Assembly (NCBI GenBank): GCA_977017645.1
Contig: OZ360224.1
Coordinates: 138,322,001 to 138,386,000, forward strand
Source: Torpedo marmorata
Lineage: Eukaryota
DNA length: 64,000 nucleotides
Reading direction: 5' to 3'
Under the pieces are notes generated by a model that saw only the letters and a list, made by a program, of their open reading frames with translations, did no database searches and was not told the DNA's origin. Position numbers and translations under genes: made by a program. Of this stretch, positions 25,146 to 37,700 are shown piece after piece (the stretch's first letter is position 1; the number at the start of each line of letters is the position of its first letter).

Positions 25146-26784
25146 TAATTGTTGAGTTTGGATGAGTGCCCAACAACTCGCTTTATTTTGGGTCACCTGC
25201 CTCATTTTATCCCTTTGGCTGCAGAAAAGACTGTGTCATCAGTACTCCTGCTCCTTCTAGAATAAAAAAAAAACTTCAACTCATGGCCTAGAGGTGACTG
25301 GGGACTTAATGTCAGTTCAACTCATCCTTGGTGAGGGGTCTTCCAAAAGGTATCTTTTACTATTCATAGGGCGCATGTCTGTTTAAAGCATCTGACCAAG
25401 ATCACAGCAAAATGGAAGCAACAAATTTAGCAGTGGGCCAGTCATTCCGCTCAGTTTGATTGGAGGCTGACCCACAGTTAAATAGATAGGCATTGTACTT
25501 GACGTGTATGAAAATTGGATATTGCTCATGTTAGTTTGTCAGATGTATGTACTGAAAGGAAATTAATTATGCTGACCTACCTAAAACACACAAGGTAAAA
25601 AATAAAGTGTAATTTTTTTTAAATGAAGACTTGAAAATGTTGAGTATCAGTCAATATTTGAAAAAGGAGGGTTACCTTGAACCAATAATTTCAACTGCAC
25701 TTTATAAGGAAGGTTTACCAACGGAAAGGTTTACCAACTGAAAGCTTAACAATCTTTAAGCTGCCTTTTATTTACTTTTCTTTCTTCTCTTCCCCACTCA
25801 ATGGCATTTTCTTTTTTTTTTGCATTTTTCTACTTTATGCACAGAAGATGGTTTCACAATTGAGTTTTGATTTTGTGTTGACTTGGAACTCTGCAAGTTA
25901 AAGAGAGAGAGTTGGCATGAAAGAGCACCACGTTGGCATGCTGACATGAGTGATGTCATGATGCCCTGGCCAAATCAAGTGCAATGACCCCATTGACACA
26001 AAAGCTACTACTGTCTTCCCTATTGCTCACACACTGGATATAAAGCCATTCAGAAAAGAAATTGGCTGTCTGTAACTCCTTTGTTAACAGTGTACCAGCA
26101 CATCATTGTGCAAGCGCATTCTCTCTGGTAACTAATCTGCAGTGATCGTTTTCCTCGGCCAGGTGCACAACAGGTTCATTACTTCTTCAGCAATGAACCA
26201 TTCTGACAGATAACCACAATCTTGTTCTGCAACATAGCATTATTTACACTTTTTTCTGGGGGTAAAGCTGTCATGCAGGGTTGTGAGGTTGCTTCAGGCA
26301 GACTCACGTTCATTGGTTTCCATTGATTTCTCCACATTAATTAATTTGGAAACAGCACTTACAACAATAATTATCAATGTACTCTGACCACCGAAATCCT
26401 TTTGCCATTCGAGATTTGTGGGTTCTAAGCTATTTTTGGATTCAAATTTTAGTGTGATCATGAATATGGGGATGTGTGTTGTGTAGAATGGAAGCAGTCA
26501 AGGAGACATTGGTTTGAGAGCATTTATTGGTTACATTTAATAGTCATTCAAAATGTAAAGATGTCAGCCTATCTAAAACTCCTTTCAGTTGCCTCCAGAA
26601 ATTATGACAGAACAAATAAAACCATCTGTGATCCTCTTCCGTCATTATTTGTGAAATATATTTCCCTATATTTTCTCGCTCTTTTAGAATTTGCATTTAA
26701 ATACAATACCCTTGGTCAAATATATTTATTTCACTATATTAACATAAAATAAACTAAGCCAAGGAAAGAAAGATTTCTACTCTG

Positions 26785-27005
26785 ACGAAAAAAACATTCT
26801 GTTGGAGGAACTCAATGGGTAGAGCAGGGAATTGTCGTCGTTTTGGTTCAAACCTTTCATCGAGCCTTGATAAAGAGTTTTGACCTGAAATTCCCTTCTC
26901 TAACCCTAACCCTAACCCCCTCCGCTGATGCTGCTTGACCCACTCAGTTCCTCCAGCAGTTTTATTTTGCCTCTGATCTCGGAGCCTGCAGTCCCTTGTG
27001 TACCC
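26785..27005. mobile_element. Short palindromic (head-to-head) Penelope tail dimer
   Basis: ggaggaactcaatgggt ... acccactcagttcctcc inverted arms, two decayed hammerheads back to back; TSD aagatttct(a/t)ctctg at 26770-26784 and 27006-27020. Confidence 0.82.
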
Positions 27006-27669
27006 AAGATTTCTTCTCTGTTTGACTTATTGTAACGTGCTCAGCAATATTTTTATTAATTTCCTTCAGCAGTAATCAGCTCATCATTGAGGTTTTAACA
27101 TTCATTGAAGCATTGAACAGAAGTCCAACTTGATGAGTCTATGTTTAATAACTCAAAAGAGGCTCAGGCAGAAGTGCATATCTACTGTATAAGCAAGTGC
27201 ATATCTTGCACACTTTGCCAATTGCATTTTGCTGAACTGCTTTGTCAAGAAACTGAATTAATACGATTTCCTTCAACTTTTATCTTTAACTTGTATATTG
27301 GAATTTCAGGTTTCATTATTTTACATGTGCCACATTTTGTGACTTGAAATTCAAGTGAGGTGTTGTACCAATATTGGAAATAGCATTCAGTACAAAAATT
27401 GATGTTGAAAAATGCGTTTAAGTTCTATTTTTTAACCTTTGTAAAAATATTTTATTTGTGAGTACATCCCATTTGATTGATTTACCGTAGGCACTGAACT
27501 TTGCAGTGGATAATTAGAATTCAGCTTTTGTTAATATAATTAAGGGAAGGCTCATCCAAGACAAATATTGATGCTTGATGTACTGTACTGTCAGTTGTTG
27601 CACTTAACTATTGTCTCACATGTGATTGAAGAGCAGAGTTTTTCAGTGCTCAAAGTGTGCATGTATGTA

Positions 27670-28300
27670 TAAGCACAAATAACCTTGTGGGAGTATGAAG
27701 TGATGGCAAAAATACAAACCTGCTTAAAATAATGAAAATGGGTTTTTAATATTGAATGTGAAGTGGTCAGAAAAGAGAGGGAAGAAAGAAAGAAAGATGG
27801 TGTGATGGTTGTTATTAGGGAAGACATTGTATTGCTGGAAAAGAGGATCACCTTGACATAGCAACAATACAATCCATTGGTTAGGGTTCAGAGGAAAAAG
27901 CATTCTATTATGCTATCTGGCTGACTCTATTCCACCTCATGACTGAGGAGCAAATATGCAGGAAATTACAGAGGTGTGCAGAGGTATGGAGGGGAAATTG
28001 GGGTACTTGAATTACCCAAACATCAGTTAGGATAATGTTGGAGTAAAGGAAACAGGGGGAGAGAAATATCTGAAATATAGTCAAGAGTACTACTTTCAGC
28101 AGTGTGGTCAAGTTCAACCAGAAAAGAGGTAGGACTGGGAGTGGTTTGGGAGATTAAGGTGGGCCAAATGAACCAAGTGTCATTGAAAGATGATTTGAGT
28201 CAGAATGTCTGCATCACAAGGTTTTTTATTATTAATGGAGAAGGACAAGAACAATCTTAACTAAACTGCAAGCAGGGTAAATTCAATTAAATTGAGAAGG
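27670..28300 (+). mobile_element. Degraded CR1 endonuclease fragment
   Basis: Similar to 46860-47600 (e.g. tatgaagtgatggcaaaaatacaaacctgc, caatccattggttag). Confidence 0.6.
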
Positions 28301-28749
28301 GATGTTTTTTCTCCTTTTATTAAAATGTGACCATTGCAGGCGAGAACATTATTCACTGCCTATCCATAACTGCCTTTGAGAATGTGGTGGGGAGCTGTTA
28401 TTGAGTGTGCCATTGATCGTGGTCATGGAGGTTACGAGTTGGGGAAAAATAGATCACAATTTGATGAATAAGCTAGCCCTTGTCTTCGGTATTGACTGGA
28501 CTGAGAGAGGGAAAGGTCAGGGGACCAATCCCAGGACTAGTTGTATGTTTAGGGAAATGGAGAATGCATTGAAATTAAAAGGAACATGAATGATCCATGC
28601 TGTGTGAATTATCTGTGGGAACGAGACTAAATTCAATTAATTGAGAGGGGAAGTGGAAAATGAGACTGGCAAAAAGAAAACATGAGCTCAGAATGGTAGT
28701 CAAGATAGAAAACTACTGACAGCTTGTAAATTTCAAGCAACTCTTATTG

Positions 28750-29110
28750 AGGCTGGGAAAACCTACAGCTGGCATCCAAAAGCACTGGAAAAATACCACC
28801 AATGCTGTATAAATGAAACAATGTCAAGTACTCTCCGAGGCCAACGTACCCAGAATTGAAGCCTGAGCTAATCTCAGTCAACCACTTGAGTGGGGCACAT
28901 CATTTGCATGCCCAAAGCCAGACACCTGAAACAGACACTCCACTCAGAGAATGGGAGAAGATTGTTAGGTAAGATGGAGAAAATTATTTCAAGATGTGCT
29001 CAAAGCTTTGCTGAAGAAATACAACATTCCCACTGACTCCTGGGAAACACTGTTCATAACCACTCTGAAATTGCAGGTGGCCGTTGTTCTCTTCCTTCCA
29101 TGGTACACAT
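28750..29110 (+). mobile_element. RTE-clade LINE fragment
   Basis: LEKYHQCC-like and FQDVLKALLKKYNIPTDSWETL-like coding typical of RTE ORF C-terminus. Confidence 0.65.
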
Positions 29111-29214
29111 CTGCAGAATCCACTCTGGTTTCTCCTCAAGGCCCATGGTTTTGTAAAGTTTCTCAAAGCAGTGTTGAGAAACTGTCGTGGTTTTTGCAGA
29201 TGTAAACATTACAG

Positions 29215-29560
29215 CCATGGTGCAGCAATGCCTCACAGCTCCAGAGACCTGAGTCTGACCCTGACCCAGGGTGACACTTAGTGGAGAATTTGTACATCCT
29301 CCTGGAATTCTTATAACTGCTCAGTTTCCTCCTGTGTCTAAAGGGTGTACTGGTCGGTTAACTAATGACTGGTAATTGCTCCTAGTATAAGTGGATGACA
29401 AGATAACCAGTAGGAGGTCAGGTGATGAGTATGTGAGAGAGGACGTGTTGCTGGGGGATAAGTGGAGGACTGATAGATGTGCTCTGAGAGCCTGCCTAGA
29501 CCCAGAGGACCACTTGACCCTGCACTGGGCCTTCAGGGAATGTGAGATAAATGTGCAACA
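29215..29560 (+). mobile_element. Old tRNA-derived SINE
   Basis: gcctcacagctccagagacctgagtctgaccctgacc head and decayed V domain. Confidence 0.55.
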
Positions 29561-29566
29561 TGAATA

Positions 29567-31000
29567 CCGTATATTTCGGCGTATAAGTCGACCCTTGAAA
29601 CCCTCAAAAATGTCTAAAAAAACGGGGGTCGACTTATATGCCGGATATACTTTTGAGACCTTAAAATCAGCTCAAAATCGAGTTCACGCCGATTCGGCGT
29701 ATAAGTTGACCCCTGAAAACACGATTCGGCGTATAAGTCGACCCCTGAAAACATGATTCGGCGTATAAGTCGACCCCTGAAAACACGATTCGGCGTATAA
29801 GTCGACCCCTGAAAACACGATTCGGCGTATAAGTCGACCCTTGAAAAACCAAAAAAAAACCCAACTGCAACAAATTTTCATTGACATTTTTATTGAAAAC
29901 AACAAGACATTCAGAACCCTTCAAAATCACTTTCTCTATCATCGTCTGAGGCAAAGATCTCGGCAAGCACATCCGGGGTCTCACTGTTTAAACAGTCATC
30001 GTACGGGTCCCAGTCTGTATCTGATGAGGCGTCTTCAGCTTCGTTGTCAGTGTCCCACAGTAAATCATCTTCTGTGCGATCAATTGCACAAGAGATACCG
30101 CACTTTTTAAACGATTTTATTATAGTCTCTACTTTCACTTTGTCCCATGCCTTGAGCACGAAGTCACACAGCACATCAAGCGATGCAGCACGCATTGCCC
30201 CGCCTTTTGTAAAGGATTTTTCTGCACTCGACATCCATGTATTCCACTCTTCACGCACATGGTCTTTGAATAGCTTGTTCAAGCAGACATCGAGAGGTTG
30301 CAATATAGACGTCAAACCACCCGGGATAACTGCCATGTAAGTATTATGTTGTGCTAATCTACTTTTAGTCTTCTCAGTTAAGTGGCTACGAAACATATCC
30401 CAGACCAGCAAACTCCGTTCCTTGCATAAACCGCCTGGCCGCCTGTTCCACACATTGTCTATCCATAGTTTTACACCATTTTCATCCATCCATCCTTTTT
30501 CATGAAAATGTACAAAAATACCTGCAGGGAATTTTATTTTAGGTTTAAATTTGCGTTTGAAGATTACCATGGGTCTTAACTTTGTCCCGTCGGCCATGCA
30601 CGATAACACCACAGTAAACCTGGTCCTTTCATGTCCTGTACTCCTCGTTTGCACAGTTTTCACACCTTTCCATTCCACTGTTCTATTGCCTATCATGTCA
30701 AAATTCATGGGGGTTTCGTCCATGTTTCCAATATTTGCCAATGCAAACTTGTGTTTCTGCCGGTTACGTAAAATAAACTGGTGAAAACTTACAACTTTAT
30801 GATCAAGATCTTTTGGTAGTTTCTGAGCAATTTTTGTTTTTTGTCGTAATACCAGATTTTTCCTATTCATAAAACGGTTGCACCAGCCTACTGTAGCTTC
30901 AAAATCATTACTGAGTTCTGGGTGCGACTTTGCCCAGTTCAGTGCAAATGTTCTTATTTTATTTCGGGTGACTATGTAGCAATCTTGCCTCATTTCACGT
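29567..31000 (-). mobile_element. pogo-superfamily (Passer/POGK-like) DNA transposon, 5'-truncated
   Basis: Terminus TA|ccgtatatttcggcgtataagtcgacc at 29565-29593; transposase ORF; no matching opposite TIR seen. Confidence 0.92.
29691..29848. repeat. Five tandem 32-bp subterminal repeats
   Basis: gattcggcgtataagtcgacccctgaaaacac starting at 29691, 29723, 29755, 29787, 29819; core matches the TIR. Confidence 0.95.
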
Positions 31001-31059
31001 TGCGTCGAGTTGCCTGACCTATGTGTGGCAGAACAAACTGGAGGAACTAAATAGTACAT
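29911..31059 (-). CDS. DD35D transposase (partial CENP-B-type HTH, DDE_1 domain, acidic tail); first ~20 aa appear to come from flanking DNA
   Basis: GWCNRFMNRK, NMDETPMNF, LVWDMFRSH, LQPLDVCLNK with 35 residues between the 2nd and 3rd Asp; no internal stop; AATAAA on the minus strand at 29889-29894. Confidence 0.85.
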   Translation of the reverse strand: MYYLVPPVCSATHRSGNSTQREMRQDCYIVTRNKIRTFALNWAKSHPELSNDFEATVGWCNRFMNRKNLVLRQKTKIAQKLPKDLDHKVVSFHQFILRNRQKHKFALANIGNMDETPMNFDMIGNRTVEWKGVKTVQTRSTGHERTRFTVVLSCMADGTKLRPMVIFKRKFKPKIKFPAGIFVHFHEKGWMDENGVKLWIDNVWNRRPGGLCKERSLLVWDMFRSHLTEKTKSRLAQHNTYMAVIPGGLTSILQPLDVCLNKLFKDHVREEWNTWMSSAEKSFTKGGAMRAASLDVLCDFVLKAWDKVKVETIIKSFKKCGISCAIDRTEDDLLWDTDNEAEDASSDTDWDPYDDCLNSETPDVLAEIFASDDDRESDFEGF

Positions 31060-32339
31060 TTATGCCCCTCTTTCCAATATTTATTTCTCACACTCAAGGC
31101 TTTGACTAAAATAAAAGTCAGAAAACAATTACTCAAAAAATAGGATGTGTTATTATTGTTTATATGATGTCAGTACTCGGTTTTACAAATGAACAAAATA
31201 GTGATTATGTAAAATGAGTCTGTGGAAATGCACAAATAAAAGGCTTTGTATTCTGTGATCATAAGGAGCAGTTGAGTAAATGTTTCTCCAAACAGTTTTC
31301 CAAATTGCTTGTGGGTTGTTGAACAAAGTGAATAACGTGCAAGGTGGTTTCTTCACGCTCATTATAAATCTTGGGTGGGAATATATATGTTCTGATGCTT
31401 ACTTATAAAGCAGCTTTGAATGAATTACATTGTTGTCTGTGTTTTAGCCACTTGTAAAAGATAATAGGTGCTTAGAACATTTGTAAAGGGCTTCGGAAAT
31501 TCGCAGGATAAATTCACATTTTACCATCAGTCATCGGAAGTGTTTAATGAGAGTTGCTGTTCTACAGTTTTGTAGCTTTTTGTAATTGCACCAATATCCA
31601 GTTCACAGAGCAGAGATGTTTATAGCAAAATTTTAAAAATTGTTGGGGATAATACATCTGTTCCTTTGAACAGTCATTGACAGAGATAAAATGTTTGGAA
31701 AAGTAGCAGAATATAAAACAATGCATTGGAGTTGCAGAACAAAGACACATTTTTGCTGCCATACTGGTAAACCAGTTCTTTTTAGGTCCCATGCTGCAGC
31801 CTTAATCAGCATCTGTTTACTGTGTTGCATGTATGCATTAGAAACCACATGACCTGATTTTCTTTTCTTTAAAAAAAGGCACAAACTGAGATTAAGAGTT
31901 TTAAATGATTTATTCTGATAAAGGTTAAGATTTATTTAAGGTGTATGATTCAACAAGTGTTACTAATGATATTGCCCTGCTTACCATGATGCAGATTCAA
32001 TAATTATTTCAAGAACAGGTACAACCTGAAAGAAACATTTCCCCTGTTCTGTCAGTAATTTGAGTACAAAGCTTTTTTCACACCCAATTTACTGTCAGAA
32101 AAGGGTAAATAATTTTTGACATGTTTGATCCTACATTTGGTGCTCTTTGAGTATTGTGTGTCTGAATAGAGAGATCTGAAGCTGGACCTTGGGCTCTGTC
32201 TAAGTATACCGAGTGATCTTTCTGTAACCATTCACTTCTCCGAGGCAGTGTACATTTCTACAGTTTTTGGAGTGAAGAAGGTTTCACTTATTTCCTCTAC
32301 CATACTATTCATTCCCCAGAAATTGTTTTGGAAACTACT

Positions 32340-32515
32340 ATAGGTAAACAAGAAGTATGCAGATGCTGGAAAACTGAAGCAACACACAACGTAAGTGCTG
32401 GAGGCAACATGCGTGGAAAGCAATAGACAGTTGACCTTTCAGGCCATAAACCTGACCAAGGATGCTTGGATGCTGCCTGACCCACTGAGTTCCTCCAGCA
32501 CTTTGAGTGCGTTGC
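32340..32515. mobile_element. Short palindromic Penelope tail dimer
   Basis: aagtgctggagg ... cctccagcactt inverted arms; TSD ttttggaaact(a/g)ct at 32326-32339 and 32516-32529. Confidence 0.78.
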
Positions 32516-33680
32516 TTTTGGAAACTGCTGCCCAGCACATGAATAGTGAGCAAAGTTTTCATAACTGTGTATGTAAACAATAATGAAGAGCCAACAGATA
32601 TATAAAAGGTAGCTTTTGAATTTGGAATAATTTTGCTTCTGCTTTTTTGCAGATTTGTAAGACGATATAACTATGAATGAAATAAATGAGAGAAATATGC
32701 CTATTAAAATTTTCCACAAAAGAGAAATGAAAGTGAAAAAATCATTCCATAGCTGATGCAGCAACAGCATTTCCTTAGCAGTGAAATGTCAAGGCCATTT
32801 ATAGTCATGTCATATCACTCAGACAGTTTGGGAACCTCTTGATCCTCACTGAAATAATTGAGTTTGTGGCTGAAATCTTGCAAGTTATTGCCTTTGTTGA
32901 CTTCACTAAAAGTTGTCTGAGATCTCCAGGGAGTGAATCCAATTCAAATTGGAAGATTTGGCAAAAACAAATCAGTGGAATTAAAAAGAAATGCTTGTCA
33001 TCAATGAAACTCTGACTGAAGCTCCACTCTGCATATTTAATGGGTCTGTTTTTAAATAAATATTTCAAAAGAAGTCATGTTATGTTGTTTCATGGATAAA
33101 TTGTTGGTCAGTTCATACTTTAATGATTGATTCTGCTTGTTTTAAATTTCAACCTCTAAAATATGTACGGTATTTTTTATCAGCATTGATTAAAATGCTT
33201 GAAAAATTTCAACCATTCAGAGAGGTTGGGCTTTAATGAAGCAAATTAACATTATTATTGCTGGATTATATTAAATTAAACAAACTATTGTCTAAAATTA
33301 GAAGGCTTATATCTGTACAAGGAAGTGTACTTGCATCTGTTTGAAAAATAGTGTAGAAATTTCATCATAATAACTAGCGAATAACTGACGACGTTCTCTC
33401 CATCTTTAGGTTCAAAACCAGAAACATTTTAATACTTCATATGTTTTATTTTCAAATCTCCCAATAATGAAACGGCGTTAACATGCAGGAAGACCTGAAC
33501 AATATTTAGGCTTTGACTAAGATACAAGAAACTATGTAAACAAAGGAAATGGTCATATCCAACCGATTAATATCCCCTTAACGTTCAAGTGCTATAATGT
33601 CACCAATTTCTCATTATCTGAATCTTATAGGTCCCTAGTGATCTGATGTTTAACTCTCCAGCCACATAAATACTAATGCA

Positions 33681-34166
33681 GCAGGTCTTGCAGCATCCAT
33701 AGGAGGTAAAGATATATAACCAACGTTTCGGGCCTGAGCCCTTCTTCAAGGTATGAGCAAAAAGCAGGCAGGCGCCTGAATAAAAAGGCTGGGGGAGAAG
33801 GGAAGAAAGGGCAGGGGAGGAGCACAGGCCAACAGACAAAAGGTGATAATTGGACATGGATAGGATAGGAGGAAAGGTGAGAATTGATTGGGGGAGAGGG
33901 TGAACCTGTGAATGCAGAGCTGGAGGAAAGGAGGCAGAGGGAAAGAGAGAGAGAGACCTAGTTAGAGGAAAGGAGAAATAAGGATAGGGAAAGGGGAGAG
34001 TTGGGTGGGTGGGGGGAAGCTAATGGAAACCGGGGAAGTCGATGTTAATGCCATCTAGCTGGAGGATGCCAGGTGGAATATGACCCCATCTTTCCCTGCA
34101 GAATTCCTCCAGCATTTGTGTATTTTTGCTACAATCACAGCGTCTGCAGACTTTTGTATTTCACTC
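33681..34166. mobile_element. Inverted Penelope terminal fragment
   Basis: Minus-strand endonuclease end, UTR and hammerhead, then plus-strand tail; perfect 12-bp TSD aatactaatgca at 33669-33680 and 34167-34178. Confidence 0.88.
33715..33755 (-). ncRNA. Minimal hammerhead motif
   Basis: CAUACC-UUGAAGA-A-GGGC-UCAG-GCCC-GAAACGUU-GGUUAUA. Confidence 0.65.
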
Positions 34167-34189
34167 AATACTAATGCAAGTCACAGGCA

Positions 34190-34710
34190 GGTTTTTCAAC
34201 ATTAAGTGTCTCATCTCCTGATTCTCCAAAGACCACACAATCTAAAAGGCTTAAGTCAAGGCCAGGATGGAATACTTGCTGTCCTTTTCTGGATGAGTGC
34301 ACTTTCAACAACACTCAGGAAGGTTGAGAATAAGCAAACTTGATTGATTCCATGCGAAATTATCTCCAAAAGCATTCACTCCCTTATTAACTTATTGGCT
34401 TCTTTATCTCTGTATTACCTATAAGATGCACTGTAGTAATTATCTGTGAATATGCACCAGCAATACCCAAACCTGCAGCTCTACTACCTAAAATAATAAG
34501 AGCAGCAGGTACATGGAAATGTCTCCTTATGATTTGAAAATGTATCACGATTCTTTCATTGTTGCTGTGTCAAAATCCTGAAACTCCCTCTCTAAAAGCT
34601 TTGGGAAGTGTCTTCACTGCACAGGATGCAGCAATTCAAGAAGTCAGATCGTCAATATCCTCTCAAGGCAAAAAAGGATGAATAAGAAACCAGTGATGCC
34701 CAGATTACAT
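34190..34710 (+). mobile_element. Old CR1-group LINE 3' end
   Basis: gatggaatac...tggatgagtgcac...caacactcaggaag and gcagcaattcaagaag...ctctcaagg tail motifs. Confidence 0.6.
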
Positions 34711-37700
34711 AAAATCCCTTGAAAACTATCTAGATTTAATATTTTTCACAAGTATAATAATAAACAAAGCAGGCAGTATTTTGTTTTATTGGTGTTTATA
34801 CTGCAAGCTATCTGTGGTTTCAGCTTTCACAAAATAACGTCGGCTAGTTAATTTCCAGTTGTCAGTGGGCAGTGAACTATAACAATAAAGTATGCTTGTG
34901 TATCTTGTAAAATAATTATATTTTTAAAATATTTATGTCACGCCCATGATAAAACAAATCTCGATGTGTTTTGCGAAATTTGTGCTCCATGCACAAAGCC
35001 CTGCCTGCCAGTAAGACTTAAGGGAATTCAGCCATGGAAGTCAACAGGCTTTACAAGATTTACCAATCATTAATTTTAATAGCTGAAGAACCTTGTGGGG
35101 CCCATTGGCCTCTGCACCTTTGCTCCTGGTGTGCACGCTGGGCGAAGGAAACTCAAACTTCCAAAGCCTACCCTTGCAGGATCCTTCTTCCATTAATCAT
35201 GTCAAATTGACAAAGTGGCTGGGTGATTCATAAAATTGAGATTGGAAACATTCAGAAGAAAAGGGATCAACAAACTAGTTGAATGAGGGGATGACAAGTT
35301 AACTTTGGTGTGCTTGAAGGATAGTAGTACGGGAAGAGAAAAATATTGCAGACATTAGTCATTGTGATGTGGATATCCACAAAATACATGTAAGCATTAC
35401 ATGAAGATTCTGATTGGATAGAAACTTAGAAAATTTAGCAATTATAAATTGTGAGTTTTACATTTGACTTTAAAATATCATTTTGGATACTTAGAAATCT
35501 AGAGTTCTAAGTACAAAATTATGTGTGCTACTTTTGTGTTGATCCAAAGCAGTTTTGTGTATACATCAATGAACAAAGGATCAGCAACTAATATATTGAG
35601 TGACAAACTGAGAATCAAATGCATGAATGTAAGTCTCTAAGATGTGTTTTTATGAGTTTGCATTTACTGCACAACATGCCATGAAACCAACTTTCAAAGT
35701 GCTCCATTGCTTTAAGCTTTTAAGAACTTTTCAATTAAATGCTATCAATGTAAAGAGAAAATGTCACAACTGTCCTTTCTCCTCTCACATTAAAAATAAA
35801 CACCTTTGTCACTGCACCACACTCTGCTTTGTCACAAGCATTTCCAACTTGCTGACAGTTCATGAGCTTCACTGCAAAAAAGAGAAAAGAGTGAAAGGAC
35901 CATGAAATGTAATGAATGTATAAAAATTGCAATACATATAACAAAAATAAAGTGGATTAAGCTTGTAGAATCAAGGGGCATAAATTCTCAATGACACAAA
36001 CAATGCCATGCTATTAAACCAGATAACATTTATTGTGTGTTATCTCTAGATCACTTACTCAAAGCTTGTTTAGATAGTTAATAAAAATGTTGGACTTACT
36101 GTAATTCCTTTCTTTTGCCTGATTCCTACAAACCTTAGTTCCATCAGATGTTTTAATTCTTGGCTGAATATGTCAATCAAACACTTTTCAATGACAGATG
36201 AATGTAATGTAGTTTAGAGATTATGGCCTGATTTTTGCAGTCAGCATGTAAAGCTTCGATGCTTACTTCACTACTAGATATAAAAAGAGATCGACAAAGA
36301 AGACACAAACATTACTCTCCCACTGTACCATAAAAAGGAAGAGCTGGAAACTTAAACCAGAACAGAAAATCCTGAAAACTTCCTGCAAGCCAGGAAACGC
36401 AAGTGGACAGAAAAGGCAAATTGAAATTTAAGTTGTAATTCCTCCACGGAAACTGTAGCACCCAAGTAGATCTATTTGATAGAAAGGGGAGAAGCTACAA
36501 AACATTGTTATAACCATCATTAATGAAATGTATCATATTCTTAACTAATTCCTTGATAGGTTCCATGGTTGTGTCTCCATGAATTATTCTTGGTTATCTA
36601 ACTGCAAAGCTTGGCAACTATTTGATCTTGCAAGTTTTGATTGCACAAGACACTGGCTCACGAACATTTTGCTCGAAAGAAGCATTTGTTATACACAAGG
36701 GTTTCATCGTCTGTAATTATCAGCAGCTTTTCACAGGGTTGATGAATCATTGACATTTTTCCCCAATTTGGCCAAAAAGTGTTGTATTGGTAGTTTCTCC
36801 AGACTACTAAACAATGTGATATATGCATTGAGGAGCACTACATTAACTGGAAAACCATTAAACATCTGCTGAACTAGCACGGAAATGGATACTTGTAATG
36901 GCAAATACCAGAAGTGCACAAAAGCATTCATGTATTTTGTTCCAATTTCATTGGCTTTTGTTTTGCTAAATCACATATCTTCTAACACCACACATTTTTT
37001 TTTTCATGACAGCTTGATTACGTTATGCAATGGAGGCCATCACATGACTCCTAATTTAATTTTATTTTGTGTCACTGAAGTTCAGTCATGTTGATCAACC
37101 AAGGCAGAAAAAGTATTCTGTTTAATATAAATGTAATACGATAATATAATGATTGGGGATCAGGAATAAAATACACCTCTAACTGTGGTACAGACTTTCT
37201 GATGACTCTAGTCAATTACACTTTGATCACCTAAATTGCAAGTGTTACGGGTCTAACTCTATCATTTTCATTTCTCTTATCAACATTGCTAGAACTGACC
37301 AATAACAACAAACATAAATAATAATTGTAATTTCAGATAATTTCAGATAATTGCACAGACTTTCCTTGGAGACCGTTAATACATATGTTGAATTAAAGAA
37401 GTGGTTATTAATAGTTGTTACTGATGACTTTTGCAGACTAGTAAGATCAGGGTAAAGTGATCTTGAGTTTTACATATGTTAAGGTGAGTCATGACAACTG
37501 TGAAAGACACAGAGCCATATCCAATGGTGAAAATATGCAGTTTTCTCAAGTTGTTATGCAAATTTATCATAAAATTGTTTCAGCAATTGCTTTGTAGAGG
37601 CCAGTAGATGATAAGTACAACACAGTTGGCTGGCGTGAACATTTCTAAGCTTTAATCTCAGTTTAGCCCACCTCATGAAGGTGTTCAAATTGGCTCCATA

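Noticed and set aside
29691-29848. 32-bp repeats resembling a CRISPR array
   Set aside because: No unique spacers, the unit matches the transposon TIR, no cas genes, eukaryotic context
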